From Candidatus Versatilivorator sp. (GTDB taxonomy: Bacteria; Acidobacteriota; Terriglobia; Versatilivoradales; Versatilivoraceae), in assembly GCA_965207735.1 (NCBI GenBank), contig OZ242296.1, positions 2,752,001 to 2,816,000 on the forward strand: a stretch of DNA of 64,000 bases, written 5' to 3'. Within the stretch, counting starts at the first letter, position 1, and each line of letters starts with the position of its first letter. This document shows positions 9,974 to 22,409 of the stretch, piece by piece. The translations under genes were made by a program, and so were the position numbers. The notes under the pieces were generated by a model. It did no database searches. It saw only the letters and a list, made by a program, of their open reading frames with translations, and was not told the DNA's origin.

Positions 9974-10930
9974 TCAGAACCCGGCCCGCTTGTCGCAGAT
10001 GTTCAGCAGGGGCTCTCCCTTGAGGTAGCGCACCAGGTTGTCCTTGAAGATCCGGTAGCGGCGCTCCCAGGTCTGGGGGGAGTCGCCGGAAACGTGGGGG
10101 GAGATGAGGACGTTGGGCAGGTCCCAGAGCGGGCTGTCGTCCGGCGGGGGTTCGGGCCTGGTGGCGTCGAAGCCGGCCCCGGCGATGCTTCCCGACCTGA
10201 GCCCCTCCGCCACCGCCGCTTCATCCACGATGCCGCCCCGGGAGATGACGATCAGGCGGCTGCCCTGCTTGAGCCGGCCGATTCGCTCCCGGTTCAGCAG
10301 CCCTTCGGTGCCGTCGGTGAGGGGCGCCGTCACCACGAACCAGTCGGAGATCTCGAGCAACCGTTCCAGGCCGTCGAGAGTCCAGGCCTCGGTCACTCCC
10401 GGCGGCGGTTCCATGGGCTTCACGTCCACGCCACAGACCCGCATGCCGAAGGCCCGGGCCCGCACGGCCACGGCCCGCCCGATGGCGCCCAGGGCCAGAA
10501 TCCCCATGGTGGCGCCGTCGAGTTCCGTAATCTGGGCCCGGTACTTGTCGACGTCCCAGCGGTGGGCCCGCTGATCGTCCAGCATGTCCACCATCCGGTG
10601 GGCGAGCATCAGAATCATGGCCATGACGTGGTCGGCCATGGCGATGGCATGAGTGGCCGGTGCGTTGGTCAGGACCACGTCGCTGGCCACGAAAGCGGGA
10701 TTGCCCCGCACCAGCGGGTCGAACCCCGCTCCCACGAAGTGGCACCAGCGCAACTTCCCGGCCGCCTCGAAGACGGCCGGGGTGATGGCCCCGAACAAGA
10801 CCTCGGCGTCGGGGATCTCCCGGATCTGATCGGCCTGGGTAGGAGCCGGGCAGAAGTCGACTGAAGGGAAAGAGTTCCTGAGCTCCGCGACAAACTCGCG
10901 GTCGGCTTCGCTGTCGAGGACAACTTTCAT
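9974..10930 (-). CDS. D-2-hydroxyacid dehydrogenase
   Basis: GILALGAIG, APLTDGTEGL, ISRGGIVDE, PEP, ISPHVSG. Confidence 0.92.
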   Translation of the reverse strand: MKVVLDSEADREFVAELRNSFPSVDFCPAPTQADQIREIPDAEVLFGAITPAVFEAAGKLRWCHFVGAGFDPLVRGNPAFVASDVVLTNAPATHAIAMADHVMAMILMLAHRMVDMLDDQRAHRWDVDKYRAQITELDGATMGILALGAIGRAVAVRARAFGMRVCGVDVKPMEPPPGVTEAWTLDGLERLLEISDWFVVTAPLTDGTEGLLNRERIGRLKQGSRLIVISRGGIVDEAAVAEGLRSGSIAGAGFDATRPEPPPDDSPLWDLPNVLISPHVSGDSPQTWERRYRIFKDNLVRYLKGEPLLNICDKRAGF

Positions 10931-11149
10931 GGATTTGAGCCCCCCAATGGTCACATGGTATGCAAGAAATTTCGACCGAAGTTACCGCACTGCCGGGCGA
11001 CCGTCAAGCCCGCCAACCGTCGCCTGCCGGCAGCCCCGCCCATTCCCCGCCCCCAGGTTCGGCGAGCGAACCTCCGAGCCAGGGTGTACAATGCCGTTCC
11101 CGCATTCCTGATCGACAGTCGGGTGACCACCACCCGGGAGGTCTCGCCG

Positions 11150-12754
11150 TTGGCCTTGCTCTGCCAGATTCAGCTGCAGTGGATGGACTACGGGCTGATC
11201 GTGGCCTACGCCCTGCTGGTGCTGGCGATCGGCATCGGATTCTCGCGCCAGCAGGCCAGCTCGGCCAACTTCCTGCTGGCGGGCCGGTCCATGGGCTGGG
11301 CGGCTGTCGGCATCTCCCAACTGGCCAGCCTGCTGTCGGCCATCAGCTACCTGGGAACCCCGGGTGAAGCCTACGGCTACGACCTGCAGTATCTCCTCTT
11401 CAGCATCTGCGGCTTTCTGTGCGTGCCCCTCGCCATCTACTTGTTTCTGGACTTCTTCTATCGACTGCAGTTGACCTCCATCTACGAGTACCTGGAACGG
11501 AGGTTCAACTACCCCACCCGGCTCCTGGCCAGCGTGGTCTTCGTGGTCTCCCGCCTGGCCTGGATGGCCACCATCGTGGTGGCCGTCTCCCTGGCCATCG
11601 AGGAACTCACCGGAATCGAGCCCGCGGTCTCCATCATCCTGACCACGGCGATCGCCACCGCCTACACGCTGGTGGGCGGCATGAAGGCCATTATCTGGAC
11701 CGACGTCCTGCAGTTTTTCCTCTTCACCCTGGGCCTGGCTGCAGCAGTCGCCCTGATCTTCTGGAAGGACCCGGCCTCCGAGCTCCTGGCCGTGATTGTC
11801 CGCGACGACAAGCTGAGGATGTTCGACTTCAGCCTGGACCCCACCACCCGCATCACCGTCTGGATGGCCCTGACCGCGGGCGCCGTCAACGGCGTCGCCA
11901 ACCTGACCGACCAGGTCAGCATGCAGCGCTACCTCTCCTGCGCATCCCTGCGAGACGCCCGGCGGGCGGTCTGGTTCAAGCCCTTCCTGTCGATCCCGGT
12001 CACCGTGCTGATCTACGGTCTGGGGCTGGTTCTCTACGCCCACCATCAGTTGAACCCGGAGCTGGCCGTGGGGATCGGGAGCGCCGACCGCGCCTTCCCC
12101 CACTTTGTCCTCAACGAGATGCGGGGCGGGCTGGCAGGCCTCATCCTGGCCTCCATATTCGCGGCCGCCATGTCGAGCATCGATTCGGGAACCCACACCA
12201 TCAGCACGGTCTGCGTGGAAGACTACTACAAGCGGCTGATCCGGCCCGACGCTCCCGACGGCCACTGCCTGCGGCTGGCCCGCGGCCTGACGCTGCTCTG
12301 GGCTGTTGTCATCGCGGTGCTGGCCCAGTTCCTGACCGGCCAGGACACCATCGTGGGCACCATGGCTTCGGTGGTGGCCCCGTTTTTCGGCTGCGCGGTA
12401 GGCATGTTCGTTCTGGGAACCGCCACCCGGCGGGCCACGGGCTGGGGAGCCTCCTTGGGAGCGGTGGTCGGCTACCTGCTGGTGGTGGTCACCAAGTACT
12501 GGCTGTTCAAGATCGACGGGCAGTGGCTCCTGCTGCCGGGAGGACCCGACCCCTACACTGCTGCCACCGTCGAGCAGGTCTCCAAGTTCTGGCTGACCTT
12601 TGTCAGCTTCGCGGGCACGGTCATTCCCGGCTACCTGATCAGCCTGGCGTCTCCCGCCCCGTCCAGGGCCCGGCTGCGGGGCCTGACCTTGTGGGACGGG
12701 AAAGGAAGGGCTCGAGCCGAGGCCGGGCCAGGCAGCGAGCGAAAGCAGGACTGA
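11150..12754 (+). CDS. Sodium:solute symporter (SSS family)
   Basis: FLLAGRSMGW, SAISYLGTPG, SIYEYLERRF, GGMKAIIWTD, QRYLS, AAAMSSIDS; TTG 11150 after GGAGG (start uncertain). Confidence 0.92.
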   Translation: MALLCQIQLQWMDYGLIVAYALLVLAIGIGFSRQQASSANFLLAGRSMGWAAVGISQLASLLSAISYLGTPGEAYGYDLQYLLFSICGFLCVPLAIYLFLDFFYRLQLTSIYEYLERRFNYPTRLLASVVFVVSRLAWMATIVVAVSLAIEELTGIEPAVSIILTTAIATAYTLVGGMKAIIWTDVLQFFLFTLGLAAAVALIFWKDPASELLAVIVRDDKLRMFDFSLDPTTRITVWMALTAGAVNGVANLTDQVSMQRYLSCASLRDARRAVWFKPFLSIPVTVLIYGLGLVLYAHHQLNPELAVGIGSADRAFPHFVLNEMRGGLAGLILASIFAAAMSSIDSGTHTISTVCVEDYYKRLIRPDAPDGHCLRLARGLTLLWAVVIAVLAQFLTGQDTIVGTMASVVAPFFGCAVGMFVLGTATRRATGWGASLGAVVGYLLVVVTKYWLFKIDGQWLLLPGGPDPYTAATVEQVSKFWLTFVSFAGTVIPGYLISLASPAPSRARLRGLTLWDGKGRARAEAGPGSERKQD

Positions 12755-12755
12755 C

Positions 12756-14321
12756 ATGCCTCATCCGGAATCGGAAGCACGCGGCGGCGGCCCGCCCGTG
12801 GACCAAGCGGCCCGGCAAGAGCCGCGGATCGACGATCCCCCGGCGGCGCTGTGGTCGCGCAACCCCCTGGCCTGGTTCCGTTTTTTCGGCCCGGGCGCCA
12901 TCGTGGCCTCGGTGACGGTGGGCAGCGGAGAGATCGTCTTCCCCTCCCGGGGCGGCGCCCTGTTCGGCTACCAGCTACTGTGGATCTTCCCGGCCGTTGC
13001 CCTGCTGAAGTGGGGCATGGCCTATGCCAGCATGCGCCACATGATCCTCAGCGGCGCCCATCCATTTCAGCGCTGGACCCACCTGCCCGGCCCGCGCGGA
13101 TGGCTCCCCCTGGCCATCGTGGCGGTCTCCGTGCTCTGCCTGCCGCTCTGGTACTCCTGGTTGTCCGGGATTCTGGGGACCCACAGCGCCCAGGTCTCAG
13201 GGTACGCCGACCACTGCTTCTGGGCCACCACCTGGGTGCTGGTGGCCATCGCCCTCCTCTGGCGGGGCGGCTACCATTTTCTGGAAAAGGCCCAGCTCCT
13301 CATCCTGGCCATCATGCTGCTGGCGGTCTTCGTGGCCGTTTTTTTCGTGCGGCCCGACTGGTTGGCGGCCCTCAAGGGATTCCTCATTCCCCATGCGCTG
13401 CAGTACCCCGACTGGGCCTTCCAGGCGGTCCCCAAGCTGAGCCAGCGCTCCGAATGGGTGGAAGTGCTGGTCTACGTGTCCGTCATCGGCGGGGGTACGG
13501 AAGACTACCTTGCCTACGCGGCCTTCCTGCGGGAAAAACGCTGGGGGCGCAGCCACCTGCCGCCCGTGGCCGGCAGTCAACTGCAGGAGGTGGCCGCCCG
13601 CGGGAACCACACGGGCCGCATATGGATCCGGGCGGCGCTGATCGACACGGTCACCAGCTTCGTGTGCGTGGTCCTGATCGCGGTGGCCTTTACCCTCATG
13701 GGAGCGCTCATCCTGCAGCCACAGCGGCTGGTCCCGGACGGACTGGAGCTGGTCAGCCACCAGGCGGCCTTCCTGACCGGCCTGGCCGCCTGGCTCAAGC
13801 CGCTCTACGACCTGGCCATATTCCTGGCCTTCTTCGGCATTCTGCTGGGCGGCCCGGAGATGGCCTACCGGCTCTGGTCCGCCTACCTGGAAAGCGTGCC
13901 CGCCCTGGGGCGCCGGCTGAAACCCCGGCTGGTTCGGGCCGCCGCCATCGGCTGGACGCTCATCCCGGCCCTGATCATTCTCTGGACCCTCCGCCGACTG
14001 CAGCAAACCGGGGCGGTGGAGCCGGGGTTCGACCTGCTCGACCTGGTCACGCCGGCCGGCATATTCACCAGCTTCGTGGCCAGCTTCTTCTGTTTCGCCA
14101 ACATCTGGGCCGACCGAAGGTTTCTCCCACGGCCCCTGCGCGCTCCCGCATTCCTCCAGGCCGTCAACCTGCTGGCGGGCAGCGCCTTCCTGTTCACCGC
14201 CGTCAGGGCCATGGGAAGCTACCAGGGGGTGTGGGGCTACGCGTTTCTCATCCTTCTGCTGGGCGGCTGCATGCTGGCGGCCCGGAGAATGCGCTCCCTG
14301 TATGAGGAAAGTCCGACTTGA
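12756..14321 (+). CDS. Nramp/YcsG-like membrane transporter
   Basis: FGPGAIVASVTVGSGE, GALFGYQLLW, multiple TM helices. Confidence 0.72.
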   Translation: MPHPESEARGGGPPVDQAARQEPRIDDPPAALWSRNPLAWFRFFGPGAIVASVTVGSGEIVFPSRGGALFGYQLLWIFPAVALLKWGMAYASMRHMILSGAHPFQRWTHLPGPRGWLPLAIVAVSVLCLPLWYSWLSGILGTHSAQVSGYADHCFWATTWVLVAIALLWRGGYHFLEKAQLLILAIMLLAVFVAVFFVRPDWLAALKGFLIPHALQYPDWAFQAVPKLSQRSEWVEVLVYVSVIGGGTEDYLAYAAFLREKRWGRSHLPPVAGSQLQEVAARGNHTGRIWIRAALIDTVTSFVCVVLIAVAFTLMGALILQPQRLVPDGLELVSHQAAFLTGLAAWLKPLYDLAIFLAFFGILLGGPEMAYRLWSAYLESVPALGRRLKPRLVRAAAIGWTLIPALIILWTLRRLQQTGAVEPGFDLLDLVTPAGIFTSFVASFFCFANIWADRRFLPRPLRAPAFLQAVNLLAGSAFLFTAVRAMGSYQGVWGYAFLILLLGGCMLAARRMRSLYEESPT

Positions 14322-17300
14322 GACGGACCGAAGCCGACGGAAGACCGGCCACGGCGCGCGGGCGGGGCTGTAGAATCCGGAGGCTCAGGCGCAGCGATCC
14401 ACCATGGCAAGAGACTGGCAGTCACTGAACGAATATGCGCTCTTCTGCCGGGGGAGCCAGTGCTCAGAACGGAATGGACATGCGGATGCGGACCCCAGTG
14501 TTCGCGCCCCGGCTGCTTTTGCCTCGAGTGCCCTCCAGTTCCAGGTTCAACGGGTTAGTGTCGGGACTGGGGGGCTGAAGGTCGAACTCGCTTCCAACGC
14601 TTATTTCCTTCCCGTGTCCGGACCAGCGGAGACGGCTGAAGGGCGTCAGCAGTCCTCTTCCCCGTAGAACCTCAACGCCGTAGGCGCCTTCGCTTTCGAT
14701 CCTGTTCACGGAAACAGGATTTCCCGGTAAACTCCTTCCCCGGCCAGACGCATAGGCATAGTCCCACAAAGCCGCTCCACCTCCGCCATTTTGCCCATGG
14801 GAGGCGGCGGCTGACATCCGCAGACCCCGCCGCTTGTTTCCCGGATCCCAACTCGCCTGCAGTCCGCCTCCCCAGTCCTTGTAGCCCCCATCGTGAAGAA
14901 GCAGCATTCGACCTAGCAGGGCCAAGTCTAGACCGGTGGGGTTGTCGATGAAACCCAGGCGCAGACCGGTTTCGATGGCAGTACCGTGCACCGCTTCCCC
15001 TCGGTCCAGGCGCCCACCGAGCTCACCCTTCAGGCTGAAGGAACGTTTCCTGCCGCCGCGCTGGTGGACCACCTCCAGCATGGCCCGTGCTCGCGACGCG
15101 CTCCCATATACCTCACCAATGCGCTCATAAGAGTCGATCCCTATGTCGGACATGAATCCATCCAGACGAAATGCCAGCTCATTCTTGCCAGGCTTGGCCA
15201 GAAGGGAGCGCAGCCCCACGGTCCACATCCGGAATTCGGCATCGAAGACATGCGCCAGCCGGGGGTCCATGAGATCAACGGCGCCGCGTCCCGTGCCGCC
15301 GATCCCCCAAAGGCTGAGGCGGCGGTGCGGCTGCCAATATAGATAAGGATGGAGCGTGTTGAAACGGGCTGCCAGTCGCCCCTCACGATCGTCGCTATAA
15401 CTCATCTCACCCCAGCTTCGCGCAAAGGAAAGGCCGGCCAGCACCTGGCGGTTGGAAAAAAGATCCAACCCGACGTGGGTCGCTCTCAGTCCTCCTCGGA
15501 AGTCGACCCGGGAGCCGTTGCCGTTGAAGTGCTGGGAATCGCCATGGCCCCACAACACGGGTCTCCAGTAGCTTCCGCCGAATGAATTGCCTGCAAGAGG
15601 CAAGCCGAATGAAGTCCGAGAATGGACCGGTCCCTTCTCTGGTCCGCCGGAAGGATCGAATCCCGGTGAATGTTGGGATCGATCCTGATAAAAGGTGGGC
15701 ATCCACCAGCCCTGTTCCTGTTTCATGCGTTGCAACTGGCGCCGGCGTTCGAAACGGGATTCAACGGCTGTTTGAACGCTCTCCGCCAGCGCTCCTGACA
15801 TGGCAGACAAGAGAACCGGAAGTGTGTGGGTGAGTTCTTCGGCGGTGCGGTCGGTAATGGTAACCAGGAGCGGCCTGACGGAGATGCTCTTATAGTTTGG
15901 ATCGAGACTCGTGGCACTATGGCTGAACACTTCACTTTCATCCAGGGTATTGTCGTCGTCGAGAGTATCAAACCGCACGGTTTGAGCGATGTTCCAGTTG
16001 TCCCGGGTAAAGGTCACTTCATCCAAGGCGGCAACCAGCAACTGGGGGTTTGAGCTTGAGATTGCGACAGCCACGGCGGCCATAGGCCGAGAGAGCAGAA
16101 CGACGGTATAGGTCGCGGATTCCCCCTCCGGCACGCTCATGTGCGGATTGGGCACGATCTTGACTCCGGCAGCGTCATCGTCGGTAATATCGACCGAAAT
16201 GGCGGGAGCGGGAATCCCGTGGTAGGCAGCATCGGAACTGGTCGCTGCAAGAGTCAAAGTAGCGACCTCGTCGGTGGCATCCGCATCTTGGGCAATCGGC
16301 AACCTCACCTCGTGAGCAGTGGACCAGCTTGTGGGGCTGAAGGCCAGCGAGGCCGGCGATGGCGAGAGGTCGTTATTGTTGCTGCTCAGGGAGAGATGGA
16401 CCTCGGCAGAGGGCTCGCTTGCCAGCGCTACCGTGCAGGTCTTGAAGGTTCCCTCCAGAATGGTGAGTTCCAGAGGAGAGACGATCACCCCTGTAGTGTC
16501 GTCATCGATCACTGAAACCGAAACATCCGAGACGGTTAGACCGCTAAAGGCGCCGTCCATGCTGCTGGTTGAGTGGAGCAGGGTGGCGGTGTCGTCCATG
16601 GCGTCCGGATCCTGCAAGGTTTGAACGGTGACTGCCTGGGGTTCATTCCAATTTGACACGCTAAAGGTCAAAGAGTCGGGCTGGGTGACCGCGTCCTCAT
16701 CTCCGCGTCGGTCCACCTCAACCACGACGTCCTGAGTCGGCTTCGAGGTCAACACCACGGTGTATGTCCCGGAATCTCCCTCGTCAATAGCGAGGTTCAG
16801 GGGAGTGACAATTACACCCGCAGAATCAAGGTCGCCGACCGTGATCCGGACCGGGTCAACCGACGCCCCGTCATAGGTCGAATCGGAACTGCTGGCGGAG
16901 TGTCTCAAGGTAGCGACGTCGTCGACCGCATCCAGGTCCCGCGAGGCTTGAACCGTCACAGTACCTGGGTGATCCCATTCCGAAGGCTCAAACGTAACCT
17001 GTGCCACATCGGCAGATATGTCTGCATCGCCACTATGGCTAAGCGCGACGACAACCGGCTGGGATGGCCTCGATGTCAGCGCCACCGTATAGGTTGTGGA
17101 GGCATCCTCGGGCATTTCCAATCGGGTCGGCGTGACCTTCACTCGGGCGGTGTCATTGTCGCTGACCGTAATCCCAACCTCCTCTACGGGAATTCCCTGG
17201 TAGGTTGGGTCCGCACTGGCGGCGGAATGGTTGAACCGGGCCCTTTCGTCAAGCGCATCATCATCCTGTGCCGCCCGTGCTCTGATGGTTTGGGGGACGT

Positions 17301-17789
17301 TCCAGTCTACCGGGATGAAGGTCAGCGAGGCGGGCAACGGAGTCAGATCGCTGTTGTCACTATTTGCTGCCAGAACGACGGCGTGTGTGGGTTTGCTTGT
17401 CAGCACAACGGTGTAGGCTTTCGATGCCCCTTCAGGAATGGACAAGTTGGTGGGGGTTATCCTGACCCCGACACTGTCATCATCTCTGACAGAGATGCGG
17501 ACGGCTCTCAACATCAGGCCATCATAGGCTCCATCCGAGCTGATGGTTGAATGGGCCAGCATGGCGATGTCATCTGCCGCATCATCGTCGGAAGCAGCGT
17601 CCACGGCTACGGTCCGGGGTTGGTCCCAATTGGATCCGGTAAAGGTCAAGGTTCCTTGCCTGACGCTGATGTCCGGGTCCCCGCTGTGAGTGATGGTGAT
17701 GGTCACATCGTGGGAAGGTTGTGAAGTCAGAACTACCTGATAGCTGTCGCTGCCTCCCTCGGCAATAGTCAGCTTGGCCGGCAAGATCG

Positions 17790-20700
17790 ACACACGGGCG
17801 GTCTCGTCGTCGGTGACGCTCACGTCCACTTCTGAAATCCTGATTCCGTTGTAGTCCCCGTCGCTGCTGGTAACCGTGTGGCTGAATGTCGCCGTATCAT
17901 CTATGGCATCGTCATCTTGGGCTGCAGAGACTGTCACCATCTGCGCCATCTCCCAGTCGGAACCAGTGAAAGTCAACTCCTGGTCATCGATGCCAATGTC
18001 TCCATCCCCGCTACGACTGATAGTGATGGTCACGTCGTGGGAGGGCTCAGAGGTCAGGACCACCTCATAGCTGTCGCTGCTTCCTTCGGCAATGGTCAAT
18101 TGCGTTGGCCTGATCGACACACCCGCGGTCTCGTCATCGGTGACGGTCACGTCCACTTCCGCAGCCGTGATCCCGTTGTAGTCCCCATCGCCGCTGGTAA
18201 CCGTGTGGCTGAACGTCGCCGTATCGTCGACGGCATCGTCATCTTGGGCTGCAGAGACTGTCACCATCTGCGCCGTCGCCCAGTTGGAACCAGTGAAAGC
18301 CAACTCCTGGTCATCGATGCCAATGTCTCCATCCCCGCTGTGGGTGATGGTGACCGTTACTTCGTGGGTCGGTTGCGAGGTCAACACCACCTCATAGCTG
18401 TCACCGTCTCCTTCAGCGATGGTCAGTTGCGTTGGCGTGATCGAAACGCCCGCGGTCTCGTCATCGGTGACGGTCACGTCCACTTCCGCAACAGCGATAC
18501 CGCTGTAGTCCGAGTCGGTGCTGGAAACGCTGTGGCTGAACGTCGCCGTGTCATCGATGGCATCGTCGTCCTGGCCAGCGGAGACTGTCACCATCTGCGC
18601 CGTCGCCCAGTCGGAACCAGTGAAAGCCAACTCCTGGTCATCGATGCCAATGTCTCCATCCCCGCTGCGGGTGATGGTGACCGTTACTTCGTGGGTCGGT
18701 TGCGAGGTCAACACCACCTCATAGCTGTCACCGTCTCCTTCAGCAATGGTCAGTTGCGTCGGTGTAATTGACACGCCGGCGGTCTCATCGTCGGTAACGG
18801 TGACATCCACTCCCGAAACCGTGATCCCGTTGTAGTCTGTATCGTTGCTAGCAACGCTGTGGCTGAACGTCGCCGTGTCATCGATGGCATCGTCGTCCTG
18901 GCCAGCGGAGACTGTCACCATCTGCGCCGTCGCCCAGTCGGAACCAGTGAAAGCCAACTCCTGGTCATCGATGCCAATGTCTCCATCCCCGCTGCGGGTG
19001 ATGGTGACCGTTACTTCGTGGGTCGGTTGCGAGGTCAACACCACCTCATAGCTGTCACCGTCTCCTTCAGCGATGGTCAGTTGCGTTGGCGTGATCGAAA
19101 CGCCCGCGGTCTCGTCATCGGTGACGGTCACGTCCACTTCCGCAACAGCGATACCGCTGTAGTCCGAGTCGGTGCTGGAAACGCTGTGGCTGAACGTCGC
19201 CGTGTCATCGATGGCATCGTCGTCCTGGCCAGCGGAGACTGTCACCGTTTGCGCCGTCGCCCAGTCGGAACCAGTGAAAGCCAACTCCTGGTCATCGATG
19301 CCAATGTCTCCATCCCCGCTGCGGGTGATGGTGACCGTTACTTCGTGGGTCGGTTGCGAGGTCAACACCACCTCATAGCTGTCACCGTCTCCTTCAGCGA
19401 TGGTCAGTTGCGTTGGCGTGATCGAAACGCCCGCGGTCTCGTCATCGGTGACGGTCACGTCCACTTCCGCAACAGCGATACCGCTGTAGTCCGAGTCGGT
19501 GCTGGAAACGCTGTGGCTGAACGTCGCCGTGTCATCGATGGCATCGTCGTCTTGGCCAGCAGAGACTGTCACCATCTGCGCCGTCGCCCAGTCGGAACCA
19601 GTGAAAGCCAACTCCTGGTCATCGATGCCAATGTCTCCATCCCCGCTGCGGGTGATGGTGACCGTTACTTCGTGGGTCGGTTGCGAGGTCAACACCACCT
19701 CATAGCTGTCACCGTCTCCTTCAGCAATGGTCAGTTGCGTCGGTGTAATTGACACGCCGGCGGTCTCATCGTCGGTAACGGTGACATCCACTCCCGAAAC
19801 CGTGATCCCGTTGTAGTCTGTATCGTTGCTAGCAACGCTGTGGCTGAACGTCGCCGTGTCATCGATGGCATCGTCGTCCTGGCCAGCGGAGACTGTCACC
19901 GTTTGCGCCGTCGCCCAGTCGGAACCAGTGAAAGCCAACTCCTGGTCATCGATGCCAATGTCTCCATCCCCGCTGCGGGTGATGGTGACCGTTACTTCGT
20001 GGGTCGGTTGCGAGGTCAACACCACCTCATAGCTGTCACCGTCTCCTTCAGCGATGGTCAGTTGCGTTGGCGTGATCGAAACGCCCGCGGTCTCGTCATC
20101 GGTGACGGTCACGTCCACTTCCGCAACAGCGATACCGCTGTAGTCCGAGTCGGTGCTGGAAACGCTGTGGCTGAACGTCGCCGTGTCATCGATGGCGTCG
20201 TCATCTTGGGCCGCAGAAACCGTCACCGTCTGCGCTTGGTTCCAGTCGGAGTCACTGAAGGTCAGCTCCGGATCATCTAGGCTGATGTCCGCATCCCCGA
20301 TGCGGGTGATGGTGATGGTCACGTCGTGGGCGGGCTCGGAGGTCAGGACTACCTCGTAGCTGTCGTTGCTTCCTTCGGCAATGGTCAATTGCGTTGGCCT
20401 GATCGACACACCGGCGGTCTAGTCATCGGTGACGGTCACGTCCACTTCCGCAGCCGTGATCCCGTTGTAGTCCCCATCGCCGCTGGTAACCGTGTGGCTG
20501 AACGTCGCCGTATCGTCGACGGCATCGTCATCTTGGGCTGCAGAGACTGTCACCATCTGCGCCGTCGCCCAGTTGGAACCAGTGAAAGCCAACTCCTGGT
20601 CATCGATGCCAATGTCTCCATCCCCGCTGTGGGTGATGGTGACCGCTACTTCGTGGGTCGGTTGCGAGGTCAACACCACCTCATAGCTGTCACCGTCTCC

Positions 20701-21400
20701 TTCAGCGATGGTCAGTTGCGTTGGCGTGATCGAAACGCCCGCGGTCTCGTCATCGGTGACGGTCACGTCCACTTCCGCAACAGCGATACCGCTGTAGTCC
20801 GAGTCGGTGCTGGAAACGCTGTGGCTGAACGTCGCCGTGTCATCGATGGCATCGTCGTCCTGGCCAGCGGAGACTGTCACCATCTGCGCCGTCGCCCAGT
20901 CGGAACCAGTGAAAGCCAACTCCTGGTCATCGATGCCAATGTCTCCATCCCCGCTGCGGGTGATGGTGACCGTTACTTCGTGGGTAGGTTGCGAGGTCAA
21001 CACCACCTCATAGCTGTCACCGTGCCCTTCAGCGATGGTCAGTTGCGTTGGCGTGATTGACACGCCCGCAGTCTCATCGTCGGTGACGGTGACGTCCACA
21101 TCCGAAACCGTGATCCCGTTGTAGTCCGCATCGTTGCTAGCAACGGTGTGGCTGAGCGTGGCCATATCATCGATGGCGTCGTCGTCATGTGAGGCCGAGA
21201 CTGTCACCGCCTGCGTTTGGCTCCAATCAGAGTCACTGAAGGTCAACTCCTGGTCATCGATGCTGATGTCCTGGTCCCCGCTGTGGGTGATGGTGATCGT
21301 CACATCGTGGGACGGCTTCGAGGTCAGTACGACATCGTAGCTGTCGCTGCCTCCTTCGGCAATGGTCAGCCGCGTTGGCGCGATTGACACGCCGGCCGAA
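17790..21400 (-). repeat. About 11 near-identical 327-bp (109-aa) tandem coding repeats, followed by about 6 diverged copies toward the C-terminus
   Basis: Unit GVSITPTQLTIAEGDGDSYEVVLTSQP...VDVTVTDDETA; shadow ORFs recur every 327 bp (18518, 18845, 19172, 19499, 19826, 20153). Confidence 0.95.
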
Positions 21401-22409
21401 TCGTCATCGGTCAGATTCACGGAGAGCGGGGCGCTGTCCCGATAGCCATCGGCGCCGGCGATGAGTCTTATTTCCTCGGCGCCCTCGACAACAGAGTCAT
21501 CGACAACGGTCAACTCCGCTTCACCGGAGGTTGCCCCGCTTTCAATGGTCAGCATGGCTACCGTATAGTCGGTTTCGTTGGCAGCCCGACCTGAATGAGT
21601 CAGGTTGATGGTCAGGTCATCGACCGGCTCTTCGCCGCTGGCAACGGCAGCAGTGACCGTAGCTGTCCCGTCCGGCTCCGAAACACTGGTCTGATCGCTT
21701 GCGAGGGTGATTGCTGGCAGCGGTGGCGGCTCGTCGTTGTCACGGATGTTCACGGACACGCCGGAGATGGATATGCCGGAACAACCCTCGTCGGTACTGG
21801 ATGCCGTGTGGGCGATGGTTGCCCTGCCGTCGGAAGCATCGTCATCCTCACCTGCCTCCATCGTTACCCGTTGGGAAATATGCCAGTTCGCGGTGGTGAA
21901 GGTAAGAGAGGGTCTGTCTGCCGACAGGCTGGGGTCGCCTGTCAGGTCGAGCGTGATGGTAACGCTTGCCGAAGGGCTTGTGGCTAATACCACGTCGTAG
22001 TAGGCGCCATTGCTGTCCCCCTCATCGATGGTGAGACGGGTGGGCGTGACGGTTGCTCCGCAGCCGTCGGTATCGTCGTCGGCAACATTGACCGTGACGC
22101 CAACGGCAGCACCGCCATAGGACGAGGGAGGGGTATTGGTAATCCTTGCCTGCCCGGTTGCCGTACCCGATTGTTCGTCCGCGAAGACCTGAACGGGTTG
22201 ATCCCTGTTCCAGTCGGTCGTAGTGAAGGTGAGGGAGGATGTGTTTTTTTTCACCCTTGAGTCTCCTCCGGATTCGATGTCTACCGCGACGGTGACATCA
22301 CCGCTCGGCCTCGTTTTCAGCCTTACGTTATAGGTCTCTCCGGTAGTTCCCTCAGTAATATTGAGCGTCGTGGGTGTGACGGAGAGACCCGGGCTAGAGG
22401 CTCGGCTTC

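Noticed and set aside
14340-14375. GGGCGGGGCT resembling the IS110 array junction
   Set aside because: Only the low-complexity GC side matches; no AGGCA-like flank or IR
20419-20421. Pyrrolysine or stop-codon recoding of the TAG
   Set aside because: Sister repeats have Glu at this position, other genes (hpf, rpoD, mqnA) end at TAG normally, and no pyl genes are seen
17876-21340. Series of near-identical 64-68 aa ORFs on +
   Set aside because: Antisense by-products of the 327-bp adhesin repeat
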